From positions 974 to 64,973 of the IMG/VR virus record IMGVR_UViG_2786546475_000019: DNA of 64,000 bases; one strand, 5' to 3'. Source of the DNA: a virus. Of this stretch, positions 1 through 8,430 are shown one piece after another. Under the pieces are notes generated by a model. That model saw only the letters and a program-made list of their open reading frames with translations, was not told the origin of the DNA and ran no database searches. A program made the translations under genes and the position numbers. Each line of letters starts with the position of its first letter. Within the stretch, counting starts at the first letter, position 1.

Positions 1-2
1 AA

Positions 3-87
3 GGACCATGGACCAAGGACAAAATGATAAATCTGGAACTGGACCCCGGACCCGGACAGGCCGACCAAGGACCGTGGACCGTGGACC
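3..87 (+). repeat. array of seven same-orientation GGACC pentamers, including GGACCGT x3 at 69-89
   Basis: GGACC starts at 3,10,41,48,69,76,83; non-coding window edge. Confidence 0.8.
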
Positions 88-131
88 ATGTTGACAGCAC
101 CTAACATGTTCGCCATCTTTGGTCGGCCTGT

Positions 132-188
132 CCGCCCCAGCAAAAAGCCGGTTGATGTTTTGCCGCCCCAGGTGAAGGCCGGTTGTTG
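132..188 (+). repeat. two imperfect ~26-nt direct repeats (CCGCCCCAG...GCCGGTTG), period 31 nt
   Basis: CCGCCCCAG at 132 and 163; GCCGGTTG follows each. Confidence 0.6.
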
Positions 189-214
189 GGAGGTCGATCC
201 AGGTTATCATGTGG

Positions 215-262
215 GTGTTCAATTTTGCAACACCGACAAAAAAGTGTTGCAAAATTGAACAC
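215..262. repeat. perfect 19-bp inverted repeat GTGTTCAATTTTGCAACAC / GTGTTGCAAAATTGAACAC with 10-nt spacer
   Basis: arms 215-233 and 244-262 are exact reverse complements. Confidence 0.9.
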
Positions 263-357
263 CCCCCTGAAAGTGGGGTGTGCGGTATCGCACACCCCCT
301 GAAAGTGGGGTGTGCGATACCGCACGTGCGGAACCGCACAGTGAGCGGTATCGCTCA
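260..357. repeat. ~32-nt tandem duplication containing a perfect 18-bp inverted repeat (281-298 / 307-324, 8-nt loop), plus palindromes GTGCGG-AA-CCGCAC and TGAGCG-GTAT-CGCTCA
   Basis: TGCGGTATCGCACACCCC versus GGGGTGTGCGATACCGCA; GCGGTATCGC or its complement at 282, 314 and 345 (spacing 32 and 31). Confidence 0.9.
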
Positions 358-685
358 GCTCAACTGCCCTATATTAGATACTTCGGTGTAGTCAATTTGA
401 CTACATGATAGATCGGCGATTTTGCCTAAATCCAAGGCATCGCTGCCCACGGTATAGGCACAAGGATATTAGACGGTAAAAACCGACATATTGTGAGCTT
501 TCCAGATCGCTTTCCCGAAAACTAAGTGTCCAGTAACTATTTCAAAGTATTTTCACGCGGGGAAAACCGATGAATGGGAGCCGCAGACAGCGTGCCTAAA
601 ATTCAGGCAGGTATAATTGGGGCGTTCCAAGCGAACACGGGCAAGCCAAGCCAAATTCGGCACGCTTGTCAAGTTCCACGGGACT

Positions 686-792
686 CGCTACACTGTATGC
701 TGTAGCGTTTGATCTTTGACAATTTGGTTTCTAGTTGGCGGTTAAACTCGCTACGCGGTCCAAATATCGCGGACCACGTAGCGAGTTTAACC
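686..792. repeat. 7-bp hairpin (686-707) and a long inverted repeat with 22-nt arms and one mismatch (740-761 / 771-792); both share the ACTCGCTAC/GTAGCGAGT core
   Basis: GGTTAAACTCGCTACGCGGTCC versus GGACCACGTAGCGAGTTTAACC. Confidence 0.85.
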
Positions 793-793
793 G

Positions 794-826
794 GGCTTGA
801 ACGGTGACAGGTTCAAGCCTATTTCA
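794..826 (+). terminator. hairpin GGCTTGAAC-N8-GTTCAAGCC followed by TATTTCATT; weak terminator-like element just upstream of the 856 gene
   Basis: perfect 9-bp stem at 794-802 / 811-819; the T tract is poor. Confidence 0.3.
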
Positions 827-855
827 TTAAATCCTTATTTGGAAGGAATACCACT

Positions 856-2217
856 ATGTCACAAGAATCTAAACTTACCTCTGTTTTGTCGCTGCATTTC
901 GATTTTGACGCGAAGTCTTTACTTTGCGGCATGAATCCCGGTTCAGATCGATACTTGACGCCAAACCCGGTTCAATCGCTAGTAGATAGCTTATTTGCTG
1001 GTTGGAATAGCCAGGAAAGCTTGAAAGCCATCACTAATGGCAATCTCGCTAAAATCGATCCGCGATTCACTAAAGCGGACGACGTAGCTAGTTTCGCTGC
1101 TAAACAGCGTCAAACTTTCCGTTCTGAATTCAGACCGGGGACAGACTTGTGGGCAGCTCTTTGCGGCAAGTCTGACAAGTTCATCGCCATTGGACCAGCA
1201 CCTGCAAAGGGGCAGCCTGATGAACGTTTAAAGATTCCCGTTGAATCGATCTACGCGGTCCTTAATCTTTGGTGCGGTACCAAAGCGAATGGCATGACCG
1301 TATCGGGCAACAGGCGTATGCTTGCGCTACTGTTTGTTCTGGCCCTTGAATATGCGGAAGCATTCGCGGAAGCATTAGGGGCAGGGAAAACGAACGAAGA
1401 CGCGGAAGCTGTTGCTAAAAAGACAGTGAAAGCTCATCGGATTCCCGTAGTATTCAAATCGTGGGACACGTTCCAAGATTTGACTAGCGAGCAAATTGCG
1501 GACAATGAACGGGTTCACCAGTCCAACTATACGGAATTGGATCAGGTACGTTTGGCCGTTAAGATCAAACGCGAAGACTGGGGACTGTCCAAGCGGGATA
1601 TCGCTCGACAGATTCCGGGTTTGCGGACCGTAGCCAAAAAGACTGGCGAACTACGCATTAACCAGCGTAGGGCGTCCAATGCAACGGATCGTGCCGATCT
1701 TGTCATCTATGCCGATGACGGGCTGGATATGAACGTCATGGACCGGTTGACCACGGACAACGTAGAAAGCTACGTTGAAGGTGGACCGATTCCAGTGAAA
1801 CGGATCGCTTTCGAACACGTTCCCTTCCTCATCGACGCTACCAAAGAGTACAGCAGTACCCACGCTGCTATTCTTAAAGCGGTTTACCCTGATGCTGTTT
1901 TCAGTGAAGGGGAGGCTATTGGCATCGATGCCGATTCTAAAGCTTTGGAACGCTATTTTCGGTATATTATCGAACATAGCGGTTCAGCGAAACAAGCTTT
2001 GACGATCAAGCAATTACGCGATGCGATCACAAAAATTCCGTCGTCCAAAGACGTGGAAGTATCGCTACGCAAGCTGTACGAAGTGATTGCCGCTGGCGAT
2101 CCAAACGCACTAGCGTTACCAGCTTTGAAAGCTTCAGCGTGGGCCACAATTGTGGATCGCGAAGCGGAAGCGGAAGCGGAAGCGGAAGCGGAAGCGGAAG
2201 CGGAATCCGCCAACTAG
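856..2217 (+). CDS. hypothetical protein; weak ParB/Srx-like signature (MTVSGNRRMLAL); C-terminal (Glu-Ala)7 tail
   Basis: 453-aa ORF, GGAAGGAA RBS-like sequence upstream; flanked by repeat arrays. Confidence 0.55.
   Translation: MSQESKLTSVLSLHFDFDAKSLLCGMNPGSDRYLTPNPVQSLVDSLFAGWNSQESLKAITNGNLAKIDPRFTKADDVASFAAKQRQTFRSEFRPGTDLWAALCGKSDKFIAIGPAPAKGQPDERLKIPVESIYAVLNLWCGTKANGMTVSGNRRMLALLFVLALEYAEAFAEALGAGKTNEDAEAVAKKTVKAHRIPVVFKSWDTFQDLTSEQIADNERVHQSNYTELDQVRLAVKIKREDWGLSKRDIARQIPGLRTVAKKTGELRINQRRASNATDRADLVIYADDGLDMNVMDRLTTDNVESYVEGGPIPVKRIAFEHVPFLIDATKEYSSTHAAILKAVYPDAVFSEGEAIGIDADSKALERYFRYIIEHSGSAKQALTIKQLRDAITKIPSSKDVEVSLRKLYEVIAAGDPNALALPALKASAWATIVDREAEAEAEAEAEAEAESAN
2161..2202 (+). 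repeat. (GAAGCG)x7 hexanucleotide microsatellite encoding (EA)7
   Basis: seven exact tandem units at the 3' end of the 856..2217 CDS. Confidence 0.95.
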
Positions 2218-2232
2218 AAACCCTTAGCCGCG

Positions 2233-2263
2233 GACCGGTCCAATTTGGACCGGTCTATTTTTA
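2233..2263 (+). terminator. rho-independent terminator candidate
   Basis: GACCGGTCC-AATTT-GGACCGGTC (9-bp stem) followed by TATTTTTA, 16 nt after the stop codon. Confidence 0.7.
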
Positions 2264-2273
2264 TGCCCTTGGA

Positions 2274-2333
2274 ATATCAACTAGCTGCACGCAATATCAA
2301 ATAGCTGCACGCAATATCAACTAGCTGCACGCA
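2274..2333 (+). repeat. three tandem 20-bp iterons AATATCAA(C/A)TAGCTGCACGC
   Basis: units at 2274, 2294 and 2314; one substitution in the middle unit. Confidence 0.9.
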
Positions 2334-2430
2334 AACCCGGTAGGGGTTTATCACAAGTCGTTGCACCCAGGAACAATACCGGGGTCCGTCGCCCTTAACG
2401 CGACGACACAAGCATGATATTTTGTGCCAC

Positions 2431-2577
2431 GGTCCCCGGACCTAGCTACTCGGACCTAGCTACTCGGACCATGCACCCTGATCCACGGACCATGATCCAC
2501 GGACCACGGACCAAGCTACTTAGGCCAAAACACAATGATACTGGGGTAGGGGTTCAGAATCCGCCGGTCCGTGGACC
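2431..2577 (+). repeat. GGACC/GGTCC array (7 GGACC, 2 GGTCC) with tandem 14-mers GGACCTAGCTACTC x2 and GATCCACGGACCA(T/C) x2, ending in the palindrome GGTCCGTGGACC
   Basis: tandem units at 2438/2452 and 2480/2494; palindrome at 2566-2577. Confidence 0.85.
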
Positions 2578-2612
2578 AAAGAACTTCATTAACGTTTCCT
2601 CTGAAAATTATT

Positions 2613-2676
2613 TTCTGAATTTTTTCAGAATTAGGGGCAATCCGTCCTGCCCTCATTCGTATCTATAGGGAAGTCC
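2613..2676 (+). promoter_or_regulatory. promoter-like module A1: palindrome TTCTGAA-N4-TTCAGAA, then TTTTCA-N6-GGGGCAATCC-N11-CATTCGTATCTATAGGGAAGTCC
   Basis: one of three copies with identical geometry (others at 59266-59322 + and 58653-58708 -); 12 nt before ATG 2688. Confidence 0.6.
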
Positions 2677-2687
2677 ACCTACTGATA

Positions 2688-3257
2688 ATGATAATGACAA
2701 GAAAACTTTATCCAGCATTACCTGATCACCCTGAGTACCGTTGCAAGTCCACGGCTCAAAACAAACATTGTACGTTTCTATCATGTGACGGACTTCGCAA
2801 ACTGAATCTGTACGACGATCCAAGGCAATCTGATAAATGTCCCAAGCACGCCGGACGACCACCAAGTAAACAAACAGCTTTGGCAAAGTACATGGACACC
2901 CATCCTCATGAGGTGGGTTATCATTTGCCGGACCAAGCACCAAAGGTGCATTCCCAATCCCGAAGTGTCGCCGAAGAACTTCACATTCTCCGCACACTTC
3001 TTCAAAACACCCTGAACCAATGCAATACGTCGCTCGACTTACTCGCTAACACTGAGCGAATGACAGTCTTAAGTGATAAGATTGCTAACTTGATAAAAAC
3101 TGACGTATTCCTCGAAGAAAAAACAAAGAACTCCTTGACGCGGGACCAAATCATGGCCGTGCTCTCGGAGATACAACAAGTGATAACTCGGCATTGTTCG
3201 CCGGAGCAGGTCGCACTGATCCGTCAAGACTTCCAAGAACTAACCATTCCTGACTAA
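2688..3257 (+). CDS. hypothetical protein, first gene of the rightward structural operon
   Basis: 189-aa ORF directly downstream of module A1. Confidence 0.6.
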   Translation: MIMTRKLYPALPDHPEYRCKSTAQNKHCTFLSCDGLRKLNLYDDPRQSDKCPKHAGRPPSKQTALAKYMDTHPHEVGYHLPDQAPKVHSQSRSVAEELHILRTLLQNTLNQCNTSLDLLANTERMTVLSDKIANLIKTDVFLEEKTKNSLTRDQIMAVLSEIQQVITRHCSPEQVALIRQDFQELTIPD

Positions 3258-3268
3258 CCTCAGTTACT

Positions 3269-3574
3269 ATGCCAAGTCACATAAATCCAAATCGCATCAA
3301 ATCAGAGACGATGTTCGCCGGAGCACAGAACATCAACATTATCACTACGGAATCCAGCGTCACGCTCCGTGCTCCAGATGATACAACTCAATCGCTCACG
3401 CCAACCGGAACCCATCCAAATAAAGTAATCTCAGCAACCCTCGATCAAGCAGGTTTCTACACCGTAGACGGTCACATTGGAAAAGTCCTTGTGCTTGTTT
3501 CCACTTATGATGAAACCTACGGAGCTGCTTACAGAGGAACGGGACTCACCCCAGTAGTAGGCCAAGACGCCTAA
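3269..3574 (+). CDS. hypothetical protein
   Basis: 101-aa ORF, co-oriented and tightly spaced. Confidence 0.5.
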   Translation: MPSHINPNRIKSETMFAGAQNINIITTESSVTLRAPDDTTQSLTPTGTHPNKVISATLDQAGFYTVDGHIGKVLVLVSTYDETYGAAYRGTGLTPVVGQDA

Positions 3575-3585
3575 CCAAACAAACC

Positions 3586-5217
3586 ATGTCATACGCAGAC
3601 GAAACAACAGCAAAAGCAGCCGTAGCAAATGCCATTGGCAACGCAACAAGCGTCGATCCAGTGAGCAATACGGAACATGCTGACGTTCTTGATAATTTGA
3701 TCGAGAACATCTTCGCCGCTGATGGTATCACTGTGTATTTCGCCGAACCTCTGTCGGGACTTGGCGATGACGGCGACGTCACAATCTACGAAAACAAAAT
3801 CTACTCGAAAGCTGCCGGAACATGGTCCGAGGAACTTGAATTAACAAGCTGGACTTTCAATACTGCTGATCCTCCCACGTCCACGTCTCACACTTATGCA
3901 ATCTCGACAACCGGCCAATTATACGTAAACGTCGCCGGAACATGGACCTTGCAGCAGTTATCATTAGGCAAATACAAAGGTGCTCACTCAACCACCACAA
4001 AGTATTACGCCAATGATATTATCCTCTACTCAGGGGAATTGCAGTACGCTAACAGCACGCACAATCCTAAGACATATGACGCCGCAGACTGGACTTCGCT
4101 ACCTACTGCGTCATCAACCCACGTACTCCACGATGATATCTCAACACTTCCTTCCTCCCCGGACGGTTACACGCTTGAACTATATGACGGGATCGGCGAG
4201 GGGATGCTCTTTGAGCGGGTATCAAGTGCGTGGGTTTACCGAACACAGACAACAACTCCAGTTGTTGACCTAACCTCTGGCAACGCTTCAACGATTGCAG
4301 CATATTTGTCCGCTGGTCAAATATATCGGTACAATTTAACGACAGGCGAACCATACTACGTTGATAACGCCGGAGCACGGACCTCGCTTCCTCCAATCCA
4401 AACCGCCGTAACAGCCCTACCGTCAATTGTAGACGGTCCCGATCTATTGGTTTGGACCACGGACCCTGACGGGCATCGAGCGTACTTTAAAGGAGCTTCC
4501 GCGTACCAGAAGCTCCCACTTGTCCCAAGTATCCAAGAGTCCGATCAATCACTTTCGGAGAATCGGGAACTAGCGTACAACGCCCGAACACTATCATTCG
4601 ACGGTGACGGCACATTCCGCTTCGGAGACTTAAGCGACAACACCGACGGATATTATGCGGCCTTCAACTCCGGTGCGTTACAGTGGGCCAATGCTACACC
4701 GGAAACGAACCTCACGTCCATCACCCCTACCATTGTCAATTCGCAAAACCTAGCTCTGGTAAACGACGGCACTAGCAACAGTTTCACGTTGAAATACGCA
4801 GGAAGCCAAGATCAAGACTTTACGTTTCCAGCAGATCTTCCAGCTTTAGGTAATATTCTGGAAGTCACGGGCCTTGCAACAAGTTCCATTGTAGTAGGCT
4901 GGCGTAAGCCCGTAAAAGACTGGTTCACGCTAACCTCAGCCACCCCAACTGTGACAGTTGACGGCAATGATAGCAAACGCTTTAAACTTGACCCTGGGCA
5001 CACTCCAATTACAATTGCTTTCACTAATTGTGAGCAACATGATTTTGTTCTCCTCAAGATACGAGGTCACGCTACAAACTCAGTGTCAATGCCTGCCGGA
5101 GCAGACGGTGACGTTTTCTCTCTTAGTACGGATGATACAAAAGCAACTTTAGTCACAGCTATCATTGATGGTTCCGCCATCCATCTTGGCGTAATGAGGG
5201 ACGTATCATGGGCTTAG
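3586..5217 (+). CDS. putative tail fibre / receptor-binding protein
   Basis: 543 aa, Thr/Ser/Gly/Tyr-rich repetitive beta-type composition; adjacent to a beta-helix protein. Confidence 0.45.
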   Translation: MSYADETTAKAAVANAIGNATSVDPVSNTEHADVLDNLIENIFAADGITVYFAEPLSGLGDDGDVTIYENKIYSKAAGTWSEELELTSWTFNTADPPTSTSHTYAISTTGQLYVNVAGTWTLQQLSLGKYKGAHSTTTKYYANDIILYSGELQYANSTHNPKTYDAADWTSLPTASSTHVLHDDISTLPSSPDGYTLELYDGIGEGMLFERVSSAWVYRTQTTTPVVDLTSGNASTIAAYLSAGQIYRYNLTTGEPYYVDNAGARTSLPPIQTAVTALPSIVDGPDLLVWTTDPDGHRAYFKGASAYQKLPLVPSIQESDQSLSENRELAYNARTLSFDGDGTFRFGDLSDNTDGYYAAFNSGALQWANATPETNLTSITPTIVNSQNLALVNDGTSNSFTLKYAGSQDQDFTFPADLPALGNILEVTGLATSSIVVGWRKPVKDWFTLTSATPTVTVDGNDSKRFKLDPGHTPITIAFTNCEQHDFVLLKIRGHATNSVSMPAGADGDVFSLSTDDTKATLVTAIIDGSAIHLGVMRDVSWA

Positions 5218-7058
5218 GATTAGGATTAAACATGGGCTTGTTTCCTTTACCATCGGTTAAAGCAACATTGGACAACCGTCCTTTGTTCACGTCGCTTGCA
5301 TTTTTGCAATGGCGTCGCGATATAGTAACTGCAAAAGAACGCCCCACGTATTGGATCCCTCAAACAGAGTATTACGTCAGTGAATCGACCGGTAACGACG
5401 CTAACGCTGGAACAGAAGTCGCCCCTTGGCAAACACTTGAAAAAGCTCAACAAGTTCTTGACGCTTTGTCTGATGAATCGTATACCGTTATACGGCTCAA
5501 ACGTGGTGATACTTGGGAAGAAGAAGGAACTGTTTTAGCGGTAGACGGAAACTCGTGCTTACTGCGACTGACAAAGACGTTCAGCGGGATCAGTTCTTAC
5601 GGGTCCGGTGACCTGCCGTTTATCAATCAATTTGCTACCAAATACACGTCGGGTTGGACTGTTCACAGTGGGAACGTCTACGTCCGATCGGAAGCCAATG
5701 ATATTGTTAGCGTTCGGCTAACAACTGATCGCCTTGTACCTTTTTACGACGCCACAGACGCTACAGATTGTGCTACCGATATTGCTGACACAAACGGCTC
5801 ATATTTTTATGATGCGACTGGCAACAACTTATATGTCAACCTTGGCGGTACTGATCCGAATACAGTAACGATTGAAGCTGCAATTTCTAATGATGACACA
5901 GTTGAAGCGGTAGCACATGGTTGTTTCATCGAGAACATTCGGCTCGACGGCACGTTAAAAAGAACAACAAGGGACGAGCAGGCGGGTATCCGTTTAAATA
6001 TCAATGGCAGTGAAGTCGCAAGAATCGAGAACTGTGAAGCGTATTATGGTTCGTCTCACCTGATACACCAGAACGGTTTAACCGGGACTGGCGGCATCGG
6101 TATTATCAAGAATTGCAAAGCTGGCTATTCGCTCTGGAATACTGGCGGAAACACGATTTTCAATTCATACACATTAGGCGGCGATCAAGAGACTTATGTC
6201 CAAGACTGCGAGGTTCCTTATGGAACATTACCAGGTCACGAGTGGACGTCGACTAACTCAGCACACGATGCTTTAGATGGTTCAGCGTTTTATTGTCATG
6301 CTGGTGGCGGGGCAAACACTGGGTTTATCCTCGTCGATGGGATGAAGTGCGACCATGATAACGCTTGGGGTCCGCAAGAAGGGTCTTACAATGGTAGTGC
6401 TCCAGCAGCAGCAACAATCGAAGACGCCAAGGTAGTTGTCTTCGGAGAGGTCGTAGATAACAGCCGACTTGGGTTGCGATGTTTCCGATTATCACCTGCG
6501 AACGGAGTTGGAATTTGCAACACGTACACAGGAGGCTACGGCACCGATAGAAATTACCGAGCACTTTCAGCAACAAACCAAAGCGGCTTTATGTTTAATT
6601 GTCGCTTCGACGTTTCTCTCCCTGCTGGACTATTTAACGCTCACGGATTCTGGAACGGTTCTGGAACGTCAAATGTAAGCTGGTTCTTTAACCGTTTTAT
6701 CCAACGAGCTTCTCACGGATCGCATGATCTTGCGTTTAATTATGACTCCGTTTCTACATGGCCTGACAGCACGCTTTACAACAACGTTATCGCTCGCGTT
6801 GGAACCTATGATAACTCGGTCGCTATGTATAACGGCACTCCCGATTCCAACAACAATGCTCTGTATCAATTCAAAGGGGCGAACGCAGGAGCAAACTCAA
6901 TTGACATTACAACCGAGGCCGAAGCGGTTCAAGACACAGCAAATGTTGATACTTACGGTACATGGGAAGCTGCAAATACAGCAATCGGAGTTGTGCCTGA
7001 GTACGACAGGCTTCTGAACCCGCGAACAGCAACAACAAGCATTGGAGATTTGGCGTAA
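5208..7058 (+). CDS. right-handed beta-helix (pectate-lyase fold) tailspike / depolymerase-like protein
   Basis: N-terminal STGNDANAGTEVAPWQTLEKA motif typical of parallel beta-helix proteins; Asn/Gly-rich repeats; ATG overlaps the upstream stop. Confidence 0.55.
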   Translation: MGLGLGLNMGLFPLPSVKATLDNRPLFTSLAFLQWRRDIVTAKERPTYWIPQTEYYVSESTGNDANAGTEVAPWQTLEKAQQVLDALSDESYTVIRLKRGDTWEEEGTVLAVDGNSCLLRLTKTFSGISSYGSGDLPFINQFATKYTSGWTVHSGNVYVRSEANDIVSVRLTTDRLVPFYDATDATDCATDIADTNGSYFYDATGNNLYVNLGGTDPNTVTIEAAISNDDTVEAVAHGCFIENIRLDGTLKRTTRDEQAGIRLNINGSEVARIENCEAYYGSSHLIHQNGLTGTGGIGIIKNCKAGYSLWNTGGNTIFNSYTLGGDQETYVQDCEVPYGTLPGHEWTSTNSAHDALDGSAFYCHAGGGANTGFILVDGMKCDHDNAWGPQEGSYNGSAPAAATIEDAKVVVFGEVVDNSRLGLRCFRLSPANGVGICNTYTGGYGTDRNYRALSATNQSGFMFNCRFDVSLPAGLFNAHGFWNGSGTSNVSWFFNRFIQRASHGSHDLAFNYDSVSTWPDSTLYNNVIARVGTYDNSVAMYNGTPDSNNNALYQFKGANAGANSIDITTEAEAVQDTANVDTYGTWEAANTAIGVVPEYDRLLNPRTATTSIGDLA

Positions 7059-7309
7059 TGCTACTAAACATAACTGATAAACACGGTGTCACTGTGGGTG
7101 TTGTTGAAGCAGACACCTTGGAGAAAGCTTCCAAGCTCGCAAGAGATCACGTCACCAAGTTGGTAGATCCTCCTGCTCCTGACGGCACTCCAGGCATGAA
7201 GTACCCTAAGACTGAAAGCTCTGATTTGTTCATCGCATTCTTCCGAGAAGAAACTGATAAGCGACCAATATTGAAATTCAAATTCAAGCCACTTGATGTG
7301 ATCAAGTAG
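7058..7309 (+). CDS. hypothetical protein
   Basis: 83-aa ORF; TAATG overlap with the upstream gene. Confidence 0.5.
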   Translation: MLLNITDKHGVTVGVVEADTLEKASKLARDHVTKLVDPPAPDGTPGMKYPKTESSDLFIAFFREETDKRPILKFKFKPLDVIK

Positions 7310-7320
7310 TTAATAGACCA

Positions 7321-8034
7321 ATGAAAGAAATTTTAGATTCACTATCACTAATCGGGCTGTTTGTGCTATCCATCGTAACGATCATGCATTTCGTACAGCT
7401 TGACAATCGAGGCGAGTGGATGCGACAAGTGCAAGAAAATTTTGACTACGGACAGCGATGCAGCTTGCACGATTTGAAGCAAACCATCAAAGCAAACAAT
7501 TTAATAGAGCCTGATTTTGCACCGCGTCCTCCAGTCCCTGAACCGTTTTGGCGAGAAACTACAACGTCTGCAAAATCAGACACCTGCCCACATTGTAATG
7601 TACCAATGAGATTTTTTGATTGTGTTGGAACCGTTCGGGCGTGGCGTATTATCATCGCACATTCTCTGATCAGTGCGATGTATCTGGGTATTGCGTTTTT
7701 CCGTTTTCTTCCGGCTGGAATGGAAGCACGAACGCAAACGGAACGAGTTGTTTGGTATTCGCTCGCGTTTATCTTCCCGTTTTGCTGGGCTGCGGGATAC
7801 GGGACGACGATACTCGCCGGCTGGTTTCCTGCTTTGGCGTACTTTTTGAAAGAATCAGCGTGCTACGTTGACGCTGCATTTTGTGTTACTTTTCTATGGT
7901 CGACGCGAAATCAAAATTTGGTTTCGGTTACTGTTGATAGTTTTCGAGACGAAATTGAAGACATTGTCAACAACGAAGACTCTGACTTATCTCACGGCGA
8001 CCGCATTCAGCAGATTCGAGACTCTTTGCAATGA
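7321..8034 (+). CDS. multi-pass membrane protein
   Basis: several hydrophobic segments; CPHCN motif. Confidence 0.5.
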   Translation: MKEILDSLSLIGLFVLSIVTIMHFVQLDNRGEWMRQVQENFDYGQRCSLHDLKQTIKANNLIEPDFAPRPPVPEPFWRETTTSAKSDTCPHCNVPMRFFDCVGTVRAWRIIIAHSLISAMYLGIAFFRFLPAGMEARTQTERVVWYSLAFIFPFCWAAGYGTTILAGWFPALAYFLKESACYVDAAFCVTFLWSTRNQNLVSVTVDSFRDEIEDIVNNEDSDLSHGDRIQQIRDSLQ

Positions 8035-8408
8035 ATATCTGGCTCTTGATGCAAGAATCGACAGCCCCTGGAATGCCTGCATGGGTGGGGTTCGTCACTG
8101 GTACGGGAGGTGGTCTAGTGATGGCAATTTTCGGACTGATTGCGTTGTGGAAGCGAATGATCTTCAAGGAAACACAGTACGAAAAACGGCTCGAAACGAA
8201 AGACAAAGAAGTCAATCAAATCGGGCGAGAGTTCGTTGAACTATCGATAAAGATGTTGGAACGGGACGAAAAAAACCGGGAAAACGATAAGGCAATCCGC
8301 GATGGTTTCGACAGACTAATTGAGCACGTTAAAACCGACTCACTTAAAATGGAGAATTGGCGGAAAGAGGTGGATCGAATATTGGCACAGCTGGTACCCC
8401 GTAAGTAA
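8031..8408 (+). CDS. membrane-anchored coiled-coil protein
   Basis: N-terminal TM (FVTGTGGGLVMAIFGLIALW) followed by a charged helical region; ATGA overlap. Confidence 0.5.
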   Translation: MNIWLLMQESTAPGMPAWVGFVTGTGGGLVMAIFGLIALWKRMIFKETQYEKRLETKDKEVNQIGREFVELSIKMLERDEKNRENDKAIRDGFDRLIEHVKTDSLKMENWRKEVDRILAQLVPRK

Positions 8409-8430
8409 AACGCAAAACAAAAGAGAACAA

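Noticed and set aside
101-391. Track ORFs 101..325 (-) and 209..391 (+)
   Set aside because: They are read through perfect inverted and tandem repeats. They mirror each other (shared 'FNFATP/CCKIEHP' strings caused by the palindrome), so they are not credible genes.
794-819. tRNA-like GGTTCAAGCC, and TTCGAATCC strings at about 59446 and 52840
   Set aside because: The flanks do not form T-arm, acceptor or anticodon stems. No tRNA could be built in any intergenic gap.
2274-2333. CRISPR array (here and at 48911, 59018 and 60413)
   Set aside because: All are tandem repeats without unique spacers, with units of 8-20 bp and three to four copies. They are not CRISPR-like.
2139-2668. Track ORFs 2139..2324 (+) and 2414..2668 (+)
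   Set aside because: The first is an alternative frame of the (GAAGCG)7 repeat and the iterons. The second runs through the GGACC arrays. Neither has an RBS, and both have repeat-driven composition.
2663-2670. The A modules as genuine T7-type single-subunit RNAP promoters
   Set aside because: Only CTATAGGG resembles the T7/T3/SP6 initiation region. The window has no single-subunit RNAP gene, and the conserved upstream GGGGCAATCC box at -35 is not a T7-type feature. I keep it as an alternative, not as the call.
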